Part shown: positions 39,711 to 50,602 of the stretch, piece by piece | Position numbering within the stretch: the first letter of the stretch is position 1 | How the letters are laid out: each line of letters starts with the position of its first letter | NCBI GenBank assembly: GCA_964566035.1 | Contig: CAZMHH010000002.1 | Location: 64,013 to 128,012, forward strand | Direction of reading: 5' to 3' | From: an uncultured Thermodesulfobacteriota bacterium | Lineage (GTDB): Bacteria > Desulfobacterota > WTBG01 > CAIYCZ01 > CAIRTM01 | Length of the DNA stretch: 64,000 nt | Program-made: the position numbers and the translations under genes | Notes under the pieces: generated by a model | What the model was told of the DNA's origin: nothing | Seen by the model: the letters and a program-made list of their open reading frames with translations, nothing else | The model's database searches: none

Positions 39711-41687
39711 TTATTGTCTGTTCTTTACAAGGTCATCAACTACCGCCGGTTCTGCAAGTGTAGTAGTATCTCCAAGATCATCTATCTGGCCTGCAGCCAC
39801 CTTCTTAAGAATTCGTCTCATTATCTTACCGCTTCTTGTCTTGGGAAGACCGTCAGCCCACTGAATCTTGTCCGGTGTTGCAATAGGACCGATTTCCTTG
39901 CGAACATGGGTGACGAGCTCTTTCTTAAGTTCGTCAGATTTTTCAACTCCAACATTAAGGGTTACAAAAGCATAGATTCCTTCTCCCTTAATATCATGAG
40001 GAAATCCAACCACTGCTGATTCAGCAACTTTTGGATGCGCTACAAGAGCACTTTCAACTTCCGCTGTTCCCATACGGTGACCGGAAACATTTATAACATC
40101 ATCAAGACGCCCCATTAGGAAGTAATCACCGTCAGCATCTTTTCTTGCACCATCACCTGTGTAGTATCTGCCTTTAAACTGCGTGAAATATGTATCTACA
40201 AATCTCTGATGATCTCCAAACACGGTTCTCATCATGCCCGGCCATGGTTTTGTAATTGTAAGATAGCCTCCTTCATTTACATCTGCAGGTTCGCCGTTTT
40301 CACGAACTATCTCAGGGGCTATGCCAAAGAAAGGCCTGTTTGCTGAACCCGGTTTAATCTTCATGGCTCCGGGTATTGGGGTAATAAGAAATCCTCCCGT
40401 CTCAGTCTGCCAGTAGGTGTCTACAATCGGGCATCTTCCACCGCCAACCTTGTTGTAGTACCACATCCATGCTTCGGGGTTTATAGGTTCGCCCACTGTT
40501 CCAAGGATTCTTAAGCTGCTCAGATCAATTCCTTCTAACCACTTGTCGCCCTGAGCTGCAACAGCGCGGATAGCAGTAGGTGCTGTATAGAACTGGTTTA
40601 CCTTGTATTTCTCTACAATTTGCCAGAATCTTGAATAGTCAGGATAACTTGGAACACCTTCAAACATGACACTTGCAGCTCCGTTTGAAAGCGGACCATA
40701 TACAATATAGCTGTGTCCTGTAACCCATCCGATATCAGCTGTACACCAGAATGTATCTTCTTCTTTCAGGTCAAAGACATACTTCAATGTTGTTGTAACA
40801 TAAAGAAGATATCCAGCTGTTGTATGAAGGGCTCCTTTGGGTTTACCGGTACTTCCTGATGTGTAAAGAATGAAGAGCGGGTCCTCTGCATCCATCTGTT
40901 CTGGTTCACAGTAAGCCTTCAACCCTTTTGCGTTCATCTCATCGTGCCACCATACATCTCTTCCTTCCTTCATTGAAACATCTGCACCTGTTCTTTTTAC
41001 AATTATGTTTGTCTCAATGCTCGGGCATGTCTCAAGGGCTGCATCGGCATTTTTCTTCAAGGGAACAACTTTTCCGCTTCTGTAAGAAGCATCACTGGTG
41101 ATTAACGCCTTTGCTTCGCAGTCCTGGATTCTGTCTCTGAGGGCATCTGAACTGAATCCGCCGAAAACTATACTGTGAACAGCTCCAATTCTTGTGCACG
41201 CAAGCATTGCAATGGGAAGCTCAGGGATCATTGGAAGATAGATCGCCACACGGTCGCCTTTCTTAACGCCTTTATTTTTAAGCACGTTTGCAAACTTGTT
41301 TACTTCGTGGTAGAGCTCAATATAGGTGTATGTCCGGGCATCATCAACCGGTTCACCCTGCCACATAAGGGCAGCCTTGTTTTTCCTTTCTGTCTTAATA
41401 TGTCTGTCAAGGCAGTTGTATGAAACATTAAGCTTTGCTCCCTTAAACCATGCTATATTTGCTTCAACCATGTCGGCTTCCAGAATCTTGTCTGCTTTTT
41501 TAAAGAACTCAATATGTTCATCCGCCATATCACTCCAGAATCCTTCAGGATCTTCGATTGAGCGTTTATACATCTTCTCATACTGGTCCATGCTGTTGAT
41601 GTGGGCTTTTTCTGCCAGTTCTTTGGGAATATCAAAGACTTTTCCCATACTCGCAAGCGATGTCATTGATTTTTTCTCTTCTGCCAT
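39711..41687 (-). CDS. acs: Acetyl-CoA synthetase (AMP-forming)
   Basis: 658 aa. AMP-binding signature [11 protein letters not shown], motifs [11 protein letters not shown] and the C-terminal ..[11 protein letters not shown], and the overall Acs length and N-terminus. Confidence 0.95.
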   Translation of the reverse strand: MAEEKKSMTSLASMGKVFDIPKELAEKAHINSMDQYEKMYKRSIEDPEGFWSDMADEHIEFFKKADKILEADMVEANIAWFKGAKLNVSYNCLDRHIKTERKNKAALMWQGEPVDDARTYTYIELYHEVNKFANVLKNKGVKKGDRVAIYLPMIPELPIAMLACTRIGAVHSIVFGGFSSDALRDRIQDCEAKALITSDASYRSGKVVPLKKNADAALETCPSIETNIIVKRTGADVSMKEGRDVWWHDEMNAKGLKAYCEPEQMDAEDPLFILYTSGSTGKPKGALHTTAGYLLYVTTTLKYVFDLKEEDTFWCTADIGWVTGHSYIVYGPLSNGAASVMFEGVPSYPDYSRFWQIVEKYKVNQFYTAPTAIRAVAAQGDKWLEGIDLSSLRILGTVGEPINPEAWMWYYNKVGGGRCPIVDTYWQTETGGFLITPIPGAMKIKPGSANRPFFGIAPEIVRENGEPADVNEGGYLTITKPWPGMMRTVFGDHQRFVDTYFTQFKGRYYTGDGARKDADGDYFLMGRLDDVINVSGHRMGTAEVESALVAHPKVAESAVVGFPHDIKGEGIYAFVTLNVGVEKSDELKKELVTHVRKEIGPIATPDKIQWADGLPKTRSGKIMRRILKKVAAGQIDDLGDTTTLAEPAVVDDLVKNRQ

Positions 41688-42352
41688 TCTTTCCTCCTTA
41701 AACTCTATTTAGTTGTAGAATTATTGTTTTGCCTTTTTTAAAAAGGCTTTATAAAATGTATATGTAAAATATTTTTGACACAGCAGTTTTTATGCCAAAG
41801 GTTATTTACGGGGCTTAATGTGGTGTTAATGAGAATCTATAATATTAAATTAAGTCAATATGGTTGTCAATAAAAAAATAAAAACAATTGGTTTTGACAT
41901 TATGTCATAGTGGTTTAGGTTTATATAATTAATTCAAATAACATTTAAATAGCTATACTTTAGCAAACAGTTGTTTTTATATAATTCCGTTAGTAAGTAT
42001 ATTGTATGTCAACATGACAATAGAGAGCAGAAGGAAAAAGCATTCAAAAGCAAAGATTAATAGACAAAAGGTCGAATATCTGTTAGTTTTGCAATTACAA
42101 AAATCAATATATTAACAGATTAAAAACTCTTGAGGTTTATGGCTCTGTTTTTGCAAATATTATATTATGCTGCAGTTAGCAGTGAAGCAGAAAGTGAGTG
42201 GATGAGTTAAAACACAGGGGGTAAGTTACAGGATAAAACTGAAACCATAAATAATTAATCTTTAATAATTTTTTGCTTTTGCTTAACAGTTCTTACCTGT
42301 TATCATGCTTTTGCTGCCAACTACGAACAAAATTCTAGTACAAAGGATTTTC

Positions 42353-43801
42353 ATGGAACAAAAAGATACCACAAGCTCTTTTCTCCACCCTCTTGAGGAG
42401 TCTGTTCTCTCTCTTGCCACAGGAAAAGTTGACCAGCCACAAGAGTTGTCGGAGACATTTTTCAAAGAAACTGCTGAAGAAGAGCCTGACAGACCATATA
42501 CACTGCAAACTGACAAAATTCACACAATTTCAGAAAACATTAATGAATGTATGAGATTTGTCGGAAGCAAAGTGCTTGGCAGGAACGAAACCATCAAACA
42601 GACCTTTATTGCCCTGATAACAGGTGAGCACCAGCTTTTTATAAGCAGAACCGGAATGGCAAAATCGCTGCTTGCCAGGCAGATATTTTCCTGCTTTGAT
42701 GGTGCTCAGGTTTTTGAAAAACAGCTTACAAAAGATACTATGCCAGAGAACCTTTTCGGCGCCTATGATATCGAAGCAATGAAAAAGGGAAAGATGATTC
42801 ACAATGTGGAAGGTTCGCTTGTTCTTTCACACTTTGCTTTTCTTGATGAAATATTTGATGCAAATGATATGCTTCTCAGGTCTCTTCTTTCACTTCTAAA
42901 CGAAAAACAGCTTGTAAACGGTGAACAGATTGTTTACTCAACCCTTCACAGCTCTATTGCAGCGGCAAACTATATAAGGGTTACAGAGATACTCGAGGCT
43001 GTTATTGACAGGTTTCTCTATAAAAGTTATATACCTGAAAACAAGGAGCTGTTTTTTCAGTATTCGATTGACCAGATTTATCAGGAACAGTTCGGAAAGG
43101 TTTATGTTCCTGATAAGCGTTTAACATTGGGAGAGCTTGCTCTGATTAAAAAAGTTATTCAGAGCAAGCAGATAGAAATACCTGGATATGTTCTTTTTCT
43201 CAAGAATTATGCTGTAAAAAGGTATATAGAAGAGACAAGAAGCACTGTATCAGATAAAAAGGCATTTACCATAAGTGACAGGACGAGCGTAAAAAGTCAG
43301 GACACACTAAGAGCTTCAGCAATACTTGACGGAAGACTCAATGTTGATGAGAAAGACCTTGACAGTCTTATATATATTCTCTGTACAATTGGAAGAGAGG
43401 ATGAAAAGACAAGGCTAAACAAGATAATAGGTGCTGCCAAAAACTATTTCAGACAGGATAAAGCCCTTCTTGAAAGTTGTTTTGATGCAATAGCTGTTTT
43501 AAATATTATCAAAGCTTCCAGGACAAACAGGTCTTTAAAGTCAGATACGGGTTTCAAGCAGGTTATCAAAAGACTTGAATGTTTTCATAAAAAAGAAGGT
43601 TCTGTTTTAAAAGAATATTTCAGCAGACTTAAAAACACCCTTATGGGTTTTTCAAAAGACACATTCCTTCCTGAAACATTTTCATTGCTTGAAAATATAA
43701 GCGAAGTTGCCTTAAAAAATGCCAAGTCAAAGGAGACAAGGGAACTTATCTCTGGTTTCAGGGAAGAAGTTTTTTACGAAAAAAAGCTTATGAAAATTTA
43801 A
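42353..43801 (+). CDS. RavA-like MoxR-family AAA+ ATPase
   Basis: Start set at the ATG at 42353 (an AAGGA Shine-Dalgarno 8 nt upstream) rather than the track start at 42305. Walker A ITGEHQLFISRTGMAKSLLARQI and Walker B AFLDEIFDANDMLLRSLLSLLNEKQLVNG follow the RavA pattern G..FLLGPPGIAKSL.AR / FLDEIWKA...LL..INER.F.NG. Confidence 0.75.
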   Translation: MEQKDTTSSFLHPLEESVLSLATGKVDQPQELSETFFKETAEEEPDRPYTLQTDKIHTISENINECMRFVGSKVLGRNETIKQTFIALITGEHQLFISRTGMAKSLLARQIFSCFDGAQVFEKQLTKDTMPENLFGAYDIEAMKKGKMIHNVEGSLVLSHFAFLDEIFDANDMLLRSLLSLLNEKQLVNGEQIVYSTLHSSIAAANYIRVTEILEAVIDRFLYKSYIPENKELFFQYSIDQIYQEQFGKVYVPDKRLTLGELALIKKVIQSKQIEIPGYVLFLKNYAVKRYIEETRSTVSDKKAFTISDRTSVKSQDTLRASAILDGRLNVDEKDLDSLIYILCTIGREDEKTRLNKIIGAAKNYFRQDKALLESCFDAIAVLNIIKASRTNRSLKSDTGFKQVIKRLECFHKKEGSVLKEYFSRLKNTLMGFSKDTFLPETFSLLENISEVALKNAKSKETRELISGFREEVFYEKKLMKI

Positions 43802-43807
43802 GCAAAA

Positions 43808-45382
43808 ATGCATACCTCGTCAATTCAGTCACACCTTGATTTTTATTCCCCTCGCTGCACAGCGGATAGCCCCGGATCTCTGCTTTTTACACCTGAGCTT
43901 ATGAAAATATTCTACATAGCCAGGGTAATAATGAGTGAAACAAGCAGTCACAGAGTAAAAACCCAGGTAGCCCCGCTTTTTAACAGAGAAAAGATATTTG
44001 AAGCAAGGGATGATAAGCCTGAAAAAAAACCCCCTTTTTTAAAAAAAAACAGTTTTGACAATTTCATAAACATAGAACGGATAAACTCTTTTGGGGATAT
44101 AGCAAGGCTTCTTCCAAGAGAACATTTAATCTATTCTGAAACAGTCTTTTATAAAAAACTTGCCAACCGTGAACTCATAAAAATCAGTTATGAAGGTTTT
44201 GCCGGAGATGTAACCTCTGTTGACAGTTTTGTTAACACAATGGAAACAGAGCTTGAAAGAAGCCAGAAGGTATATCTTCTTTATGACAACTCCACTTCGA
44301 TGAACGGAGAAGATTTTAAGAAGCTTTTCATCTCAAAATCAATAGCAATAGAATATTTAAGACGTGTTTCAGGAGAAAACCCGCAAATATACTTCCGCAC
44401 ATTCCACAGTGAAGTGGGCAATCTTGTAAAAGCAAGCACAAAGGAGGAGGTCTACAGTCTTACAGATACCATAGTAAGGATTACAACCGGGGGGGGCAGG
44501 ATAACCAGAATCGGAGACGCGGTCATGCAGGCTATTGAAGACATAAAAAGCGACCCTGATCTTGAAGATGCTGAAATACTGGTGATAACCGATGGTTTTG
44601 GTCCTATACCAAAAGATCTCAAGGAAAGACTTGGCAGGATTAAATTGCATATAATACTAATCCCCGACCTTGATATTGAAAAAATACTAAAACTTTATCC
44701 TGACAGGACAGCATGGGAAAGAGGAGGAAATGATGGAAACAGGCCCATGCCCCAGTTCTGGAAATACTACAGTTCAAATCCGCCGCCTGCTGTTATTGAC
44801 GGTGATGATCTTTTTCAGGATAATAAACGTTCTTACAGGACAGCATCAAAAAGCGTTAAGGAGCTTAAAGCACTTGAAATACTTCAGGGTTTAAATCAGA
44901 TATATCTTCTTCAGGAAGTTTGTGAAAATTTTATCTTTGTTGTTATAACATCCCTGATGGATGAACATTTTGAAATATCCGTTAATGATGTTGGGGGTTT
45001 TGAGAGTTTTGTTGAAGAACTGAAAATAAGGCTAAATGATCCAATGACAAACGAGGAAAAACTGAAATTTCTTCAGACCGTCAACTTTCTGCTCAATTTT
45101 TTTCAGATAGCCATGGTTAATTCACAGGAGAAGGAAACAAAGAAAAGAATAAAAAAACTTATCTCCGCTCTTGAACTCCTGCAGTCATCCATACTTGAGG
45201 ATCCCTGGCTTCAGTCAGTCTTAAAGGCTGACAACATAAAAATGGAGATAAAACTGAGCAGTGCGCTGAAACAGACCAAAAAAGAAGATATGCCGCTTTT
45301 TGAAGCGCTTTTCTATCTGATGAAGATTTTATGGCAGAATCTATGTTTTTATTTCAAGCGGATAGGTAAACATAAGATATAG
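43808..45382 (+). CDS. von Willebrand factor A (vWA) domain protein, ViaA-like partner of the RavA-like ATPase
   Basis: 524 aa. MIDAS motif YLLYDNSTSMNG (DxSxS) with downstream T and D residues (ITRIGDA...VITDG). Separated from the ATPase gene by only 6 nt. Confidence 0.7.
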   Translation: MHTSSIQSHLDFYSPRCTADSPGSLLFTPELMKIFYIARVIMSETSSHRVKTQVAPLFNREKIFEARDDKPEKKPPFLKKNSFDNFINIERINSFGDIARLLPREHLIYSETVFYKKLANRELIKISYEGFAGDVTSVDSFVNTMETELERSQKVYLLYDNSTSMNGEDFKKLFISKSIAIEYLRRVSGENPQIYFRTFHSEVGNLVKASTKEEVYSLTDTIVRITTGGGRITRIGDAVMQAIEDIKSDPDLEDAEILVITDGFGPIPKDLKERLGRIKLHIILIPDLDIEKILKLYPDRTAWERGGNDGNRPMPQFWKYYSSNPPPAVIDGDDLFQDNKRSYRTASKSVKELKALEILQGLNQIYLLQEVCENFIFVVITSLMDEHFEISVNDVGGFESFVEELKIRLNDPMTNEEKLKFLQTVNFLLNFFQIAMVNSQEKETKKRIKKLISALELLQSSILEDPWLQSVLKADNIKMEIKLSSALKQTKKEDMPLFEALFYLMKILWQNLCFYFKRIGKHKI

Positions 45383-45414
45383 TTAGCGATATGAATCTAA
45401 AAAAACCATATTAG

Positions 45415-46737
45415 TTATTCAACTTCAGGAAGTTCTAAAATCTGGCCTGATTCACCACTGCTTAATGTGCCGACATTCTTCAATTTTCTGTTGATTAAGT
45501 TTGTTCTTGTTGTCCTCAAAGTACTCAACGAATTTGATGCAGTATTTAACTGCTTGTCAACCAGCTCAAGCTGGGAAGCAAAGTTGCTGAACTCAGTCTT
45601 AACAGCTTCCAGAATTTTCCACACCTCACTGCTTCTTTTTTGTACTGTCAAAGTTCTGAAACCCATTTGAAGACTGTTCAAAAGAGCTGATAATGTGGTT
45701 GGCCCAGTGACGGTAATGCGATAGTTGCGTTGTAGTGTTTCAAAAAGACCAGGGTGTCTTAATACCTCTGCATATAAACCTTCCACCGGCAAAAACATGA
45801 TTGCAAAATCAGTCGTATGAGGCGGGTCAATATATTTGGAGTTTATAGCTTTTGCAAAACCTTCCACAGATTTAAGTAACATTTTCTGTTCGGTTTCAAT
45901 TTTTAACCTGTCGCCATCCTCATAAGCTGCAAGCAGTTTCTGATACCCTTCTATTGGAAATTTTGAGTCGATAGGCATCCAGACTTCATTGTCTGAATCC
46001 CTGCCCGGCAGTTTTACTGCAAACTCTACGTTTGCCTGACTGCCCTTTTTTGTTGCGACATTTTTTGCATATTGATCTGGAGTCATTATCTGTTCCAAAA
46101 TGTTTTCCAGTTGATACTCGCCCAGCACCCCGCGTGTTTTAACATTTGAAAGCACTTTTTTTAAGTCTCCTACGCCTGTGGCAATATTCTGCATTTCCCC
46201 CAAGCCTTTGTGAACCTGTTCCAGCCGTTCGCTGACGAGTTTGAAAGACCGGCTGATCCTGTTTTCGAGGGTTTCCTGAAGTTTTTCGTCAACAGTTTTT
46301 CTCATTTCAGACAATTGAAGAGAGTTGTCATCCCTGATTGTTTTGAGCTGTTTTTCAACAGTCTCTTTGACCTCTTTTATACTGTCAGTTGCCTGCCGGT
46401 TCAGCTCAGACTGTTCTTTGCTGAAGTCTCCGAATTTAAGCCTTATCAAATCATTTAACTCCTTGATATTAGCAGTAAAGCTTTCCTCAAATGATTTAAG
46501 AGACTTTGCAAGTTCATCCCTGCTAGATTTGGCGCTCTCATTTGTCTCAATTCTGATGCTATGGAATTCTTCCTTAACAGCTTTCTCGGTCCTTTCAAGG
46601 TTTGTGTCAAACCTTAAAATGGATGTCTTAACATCTCCCAAATGAGGCTCTATATCAATCTTTGTTTTTTTTACAAACACAATTACAAAATTGATAATCC
46701 CGATAATAATTAAGACTATGAGCAGTATTTCAATCAC
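45415..46737 (-). CDS. rmuC: DNA recombination protein RmuC-family (N-terminal TM, coiled coil, C-terminal RmuC nuclease-like domain)
   Basis: 440 aa. TM helix MIEILLIVLIIIGIINFVIVFV. Long heptad-like region. C-terminal ...VEFAVKLPGRDSDNEVWMPIDSKFP...AIMFLPVEGLY... matches the conserved RmuC core. Confidence 0.7.
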   Translation of the reverse strand: MIEILLIVLIIIGIINFVIVFVKKTKIDIEPHLGDVKTSILRFDTNLERTEKAVKEEFHSIRIETNESAKSSRDELAKSLKSFEESFTANIKELNDLIRLKFGDFSKEQSELNRQATDSIKEVKETVEKQLKTIRDDNSLQLSEMRKTVDEKLQETLENRISRSFKLVSERLEQVHKGLGEMQNIATGVGDLKKVLSNVKTRGVLGEYQLENILEQIMTPDQYAKNVATKKGSQANVEFAVKLPGRDSDNEVWMPIDSKFPIEGYQKLLAAYEDGDRLKIETEQKMLLKSVEGFAKAINSKYIDPPHTTDFAIMFLPVEGLYAEVLRHPGLFETLQRNYRITVTGPTTLSALLNSLQMGFRTLTVQKRSSEVWKILEAVKTEFSNFASQLELVDKQLNTASNSLSTLRTTRTNLINRKLKNVGTLSSGESGQILELPEVE

Positions 46738-47307
46738 CTGCTTTTCCCCTTCCTGTATTAATTAAAAATAGCTCTTGTTATTTAAGCAGTTGCTTGCTAC
46801 CTTTTTGTCACTTGTCCTAACTTTTGAACAAGACTAATTACTTTATAGAATATCAAATATGAACAAAAATACAATCTTGTTAAAAAAATACGGGGGAGCA
46901 TTTCTTTTGAAATTAACAGAAAGTTATGTGCAGGATACACTTTATGTAACGACAACCTTTCAAACTATGCAATTACCATAATAGATTCCGAAATCCTGTT
47001 CATAATACGCTTACCCTTTGAACTTAACCGCCCCCGAATATACCGACGTATACCATGGAGGAAGAAATGAGTGGTTTTTATAATAAAAAAGGGGGGAACT
47101 CAGAGTTATCTCTTTTCGCTTGACAAAAACCATCTTTCCATATTTAATTAATACTAATTATTCTTTAATAAATAATGGGCTAAATACCATTAGCTTTTAT
47201 GTTTAGTAAAAAAACAGTTCTTTTAGTCACAACCGATATTTCCCGTTAAAAACAGTATGTTTTAGATTAAGTAGAAATGCTTATCATTATAGAGGTTTAT
47301 ACCTGTT

Positions 47308-47418
47308 ATGAAAAAGTCTTATAGCATTAAATTTAAGATATGGTTTAGCATAGGAATTGTTGTAGCCGGTTATGTTCTATCGGTTTTTGTAGGTGCTGTT
47401 ATGTCAGCCGGCATGTAA
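47308..47418 (+). CDS. Small ORF (36 aa: MKKSYSIKFKIWFSIGIVVAGYVLSVFVGAVMSAGM) 160 nt upstream of the radical-SAM/SPASM gene; candidate precursor/leader peptide or small membrane protein
   Basis: Found by reading the sequence; it is below the ORF-track cutoff. Has a Lys/Trp/Tyr-rich N-terminus and a hydrophobic C-terminus. No cysteines. Purely positional evidence. Confidence 0.25.
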   Translation: MKKSYSIKFKIWFSIGIVVAGYVLSVFVGAVMSAGM

Positions 47419-47576
47419 GTTCAACTCAACAAGTCCACAGAAATCCTATATCCTATTGCCATAGCTGCCAGAGAAACTCTTAACATCTTATTGAAATCTG
47501 TCGGTTACAAAAGCGTATAGAAAAAGAAATAAGTTAAAATTATCAAAATTAGACTGGAAAAGACAGGATTAATGAT

Positions 47577-48740
47577 ATGTCCTTAAATTTTGAAAAAGAA
47601 CCGCCCGTTTCTGAAAATCAATCCAAGAATAAGTCGGATGTCCTAAAAAAAATATATATTGAGCCCACAAATGCCTGCAACCTTTCATGCAAAACCTGCA
47701 TACGCAATGTATGGGAAGATGAGACAGAAGGCATGATGGACAGAGATATATTTGAGGCTTTAATTTATGGACTTAAAGAATTTCCTGATGTACAGACACT
47801 GGCTTTTGCAGGCTTTGGCGAACCTCTTATGCATCCGGATTTTTCAGAAATGGTCAGAAAAGCAAAATCAAATGGTCTTTGTACAGAGGTAACAACCAAT
47901 GCCATGCTTCTTACCCGGCATCTGGCGCAAAACATTGTTGAGGCTGGCATTGATCAGTTGGTTGTCTCAATTGATGGAACATCGGCAGAAAGTTTCGGCG
48001 ATGTGAGAGAAGGCGCTTCTTTTGAAAAAGTTATTGAAAACGTACGTGAGTTTTCAAGGCTCAGTGAATACGGATCCGGACAACATGCAGTTATAGGAAT
48101 TGAGTTTGTGGCAATGCGCAGCAATATTAATGAACTTCCCGGCCTTCAAAATGTTGCTAAGCAGATAGGCGCAAACTTTATAATTGTAAGCAATGTTCTT
48201 ATCTACTCCCCAGAGCTTCAAAATGAGGCTCTCTACCATATCAAAGCTACTGCCAATAAAGGAAAGGAGACCACCCTCACTCCGCGCTGGATACTCCCAA
48301 AGATTGATTTCAACAATAAAACCCAGGAGCCTCTATCCAAAATCATGCGCACTCAGAAAAATATAAGCTTTCTTGACCATGACCTTGAAGACAGGAACAA
48401 TTACTGTCCATTCATAAATGCCGGGGCTATGGCTGTATCCTGGAAGGGAGATATAAGTCCGTGTCCTGCCCTTCTGCACTCCTACACCTGCTTTGTACCG
48501 GAGAGACAAAAAAAAATACATTCATACCTCTGCGGGAATCTTGCTGAAAAATCCCTGAATGAAATATGGAATGAAAGCAGATATGCTGCTTTTCGTAAAA
48601 GAGTAAGAGAGTTTGACTTTCCTCCATGCACAGACTGCAGCTGTGAGCTTTCAAAAACAAATAAGGAGGACTGTTATGGAAATCCCTTTCCGGTCTGCGG
48701 AGACTGCCTGTGGGCGAGAGGGATAATAAGGTGTGCATGA
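47577..48740 (+). CDS. Radical SAM enzyme with C-terminal SPASM (auxiliary [4Fe-4S]) domain
   Basis: 387 aa. Radical-SAM cluster motif NACNLSCKTC (Cx3Cx2C) and a GFGEPL glycine-rich SAM motif. C-terminal Cys-rich SPASM region (CPFINAG...CPALLHSYTC...CGNL; CTDCSCELS...CYGNPFPVCGDCLWARGIIRC). Confidence 0.85.
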   Translation: MSLNFEKEPPVSENQSKNKSDVLKKIYIEPTNACNLSCKTCIRNVWEDETEGMMDRDIFEALIYGLKEFPDVQTLAFAGFGEPLMHPDFSEMVRKAKSNGLCTEVTTNAMLLTRHLAQNIVEAGIDQLVVSIDGTSAESFGDVREGASFEKVIENVREFSRLSEYGSGQHAVIGIEFVAMRSNINELPGLQNVAKQIGANFIIVSNVLIYSPELQNEALYHIKATANKGKETTLTPRWILPKIDFNNKTQEPLSKIMRTQKNISFLDHDLEDRNNYCPFINAGAMAVSWKGDISPCPALLHSYTCFVPERQKKIHSYLCGNLAEKSLNEIWNESRYAAFRKRVREFDFPPCTDCSCELSKTNKEDCYGNPFPVCGDCLWARGIIRCA

Positions 48741-49453
48741 GTTAGCAAATTAGCTGGTACTAAAAGATGTTTGTGCTGTAGTGTTATCCGCTAAATATGA
48801 CTTGAGTCATTATTAATTATTGATATAACAAAAAGATATTTTCATGACCTTTTATTAAAACCGTGGACAGACAAATTGAGCAGGAAGAAAAGAAAAAATA
48901 TCTATTATAAATATTTGCAATAATTCAAAATAACTTAATTAATAACGGCATAAAAATTATTGCCGCAGTTTTTAGGAATTTGTTTCAGAGAAACAGATAA
49001 TCTTAAATTTAACACCCTCGCCTAAATATTATGACTGTGTTCAAAAAAAAACTTGACATTGGAAATATATTATAATATTTGTGAATATAAGCAGGACAAA
49101 AAGCTTTAGATGTTACGTTCCTGAGTCGGGAGAATATTTAAAACATTAAAGCCGACATTCAGTAGTTTGTAAATCAGTTTCTTCCGTGGTCATATTTTTA
49201 TAATATTATATTTGCAGAGCACTTTATAATAAGAAGGCAAATATAACAGTGACCGGTCTTTATGTTTGTTCTTGAAAATCGAAAAATTGCTTTTGTCTAT
49301 TGCGTCACAGCTTTTTTAAGGCTTTTATCAAAAAAAAATTGTATTTTGTTTTGAGTTATGATAAAAATTAATTTCGCCAGGCAAACATCTTGATTCTTAT
49401 GCTAAAATTGATGGATTATTTTAATTACTTAACTGCGGTTTGCTCTAATTCAA

Positions 49454-50587
49454 ATGACAACAGACACATCAGATAGACTTGCAAGTATTTACAGAGAACA
49501 TTTTTACTCCTGCATCCAGTGCGGAAAATGCACAGGCGGATGCCCTATTTCTGTTGTTTCCCCTCTTTTTAATATCAGACGCCTTCTCTACGAAGCACTG
49601 AACACCAAAGGAGAAGAGATTGCCTACCACAAGGAGATGTTATGGGACTGTAGCACATGCACAACATGTGTTAAACGCTGCCCCAAAGATATAGACCCTG
49701 TTGAGCTGATAGTAAGCATGCGGAGCGTGCTTGTTGAAGATGGTCAACTCCCCCCTAAAATCAGAGACGTTTTAAAAAGCATATCTATCCGCGCAAACCC
49801 CTGGAACATAGGGCAGGAAAAAAGGTCTGAGTGGACAGAAGGTTTGAATATCAAAAACATAGCAGATGCTGAAGTTCTCTACTATGTAGGCTGTACCACC
49901 GCTTTTGATTCAAGACTCCATAAGGTTGCAAAATCTCTTGCAACAGCTCTGCAAAAGGCAGGTGTTAATTTTGGAACCTTTGGCAACGATGAGGTCTGCT
50001 GCGGAAACGAGATAAGACGAATGGGAGATGTATGGTCTTTTGATGCTCTCAAAGAGATGAACATGGAAATGTTCAAAATGTATCCGATTAAACAGATTAT
50101 TACTACCTCGCCTCACTGCTACAATACTTTCAAAAATGAGTATACTGAGCTGGAAATAGATGTCAAACACTACACCCAGGTTGTTGCTGATCTAATCAAG
50201 AATAAACAGCTTAAATTTACAAAAAAATTCGAAAAAACTGTAACCTATCACGATCCCTGTTTTCTTGGACGACAGAATCAGATATTTAAGAAACCGAGGG
50301 CAATACTAAAAAGAGTCCCAGGCATAAAGTTTGTTGAGATGGACAGGTCAAGGGAAAGAGCGCTCTGCTGTGAGGGCGGTGGCGGAAGAATGTGGGTTGA
50401 AGCACATGAAACACAGCAGAGAACTGTAACTATCAGAATACAGGAGGCTATAGATGCAGGTGCGGAGATAATTGCCGTTGCCTGTCCGTTCTGTCTCTTA
50501 ACCCTTGAGGATGAAGTAAAAAAGCAGGGGCTTGAAGACAAAATTCAGGTTCTTGACATAATGGAAATTGTAAATAAGGTTATATAG
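49454..50587 (+). CDS. HdrD-like heterodisulfide-reductase subunit (HdrC-type 2x[4Fe-4S] N-domain fused to HdrB-type 2xCCG domain)
   Basis: 377 aa. Ferredoxin motifs CIQCGKCTGGCP and CSTCTTCVKRCP. CCG domains (VCCGNEIRRMGD, LCCEGGGGRMWVEAHE). Confidence 0.8.
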   Translation: MTTDTSDRLASIYREHFYSCIQCGKCTGGCPISVVSPLFNIRRLLYEALNTKGEEIAYHKEMLWDCSTCTTCVKRCPKDIDPVELIVSMRSVLVEDGQLPPKIRDVLKSISIRANPWNIGQEKRSEWTEGLNIKNIADAEVLYYVGCTTAFDSRLHKVAKSLATALQKAGVNFGTFGNDEVCCGNEIRRMGDVWSFDALKEMNMEMFKMYPIKQIITTSPHCYNTFKNEYTELEIDVKHYTQVVADLIKNKQLKFTKKFEKTVTYHDPCFLGRQNQIFKKPRAILKRVPGIKFVEMDRSRERALCCEGGGGRMWVEAHETQQRTVTIRIQEAIDAGAEIIAVACPFCLLTLEDEVKKQGLEDKIQVLDIMEIVNKVI

Positions 50588-50602
50588 CAGGAATTTTATT
50601 CG

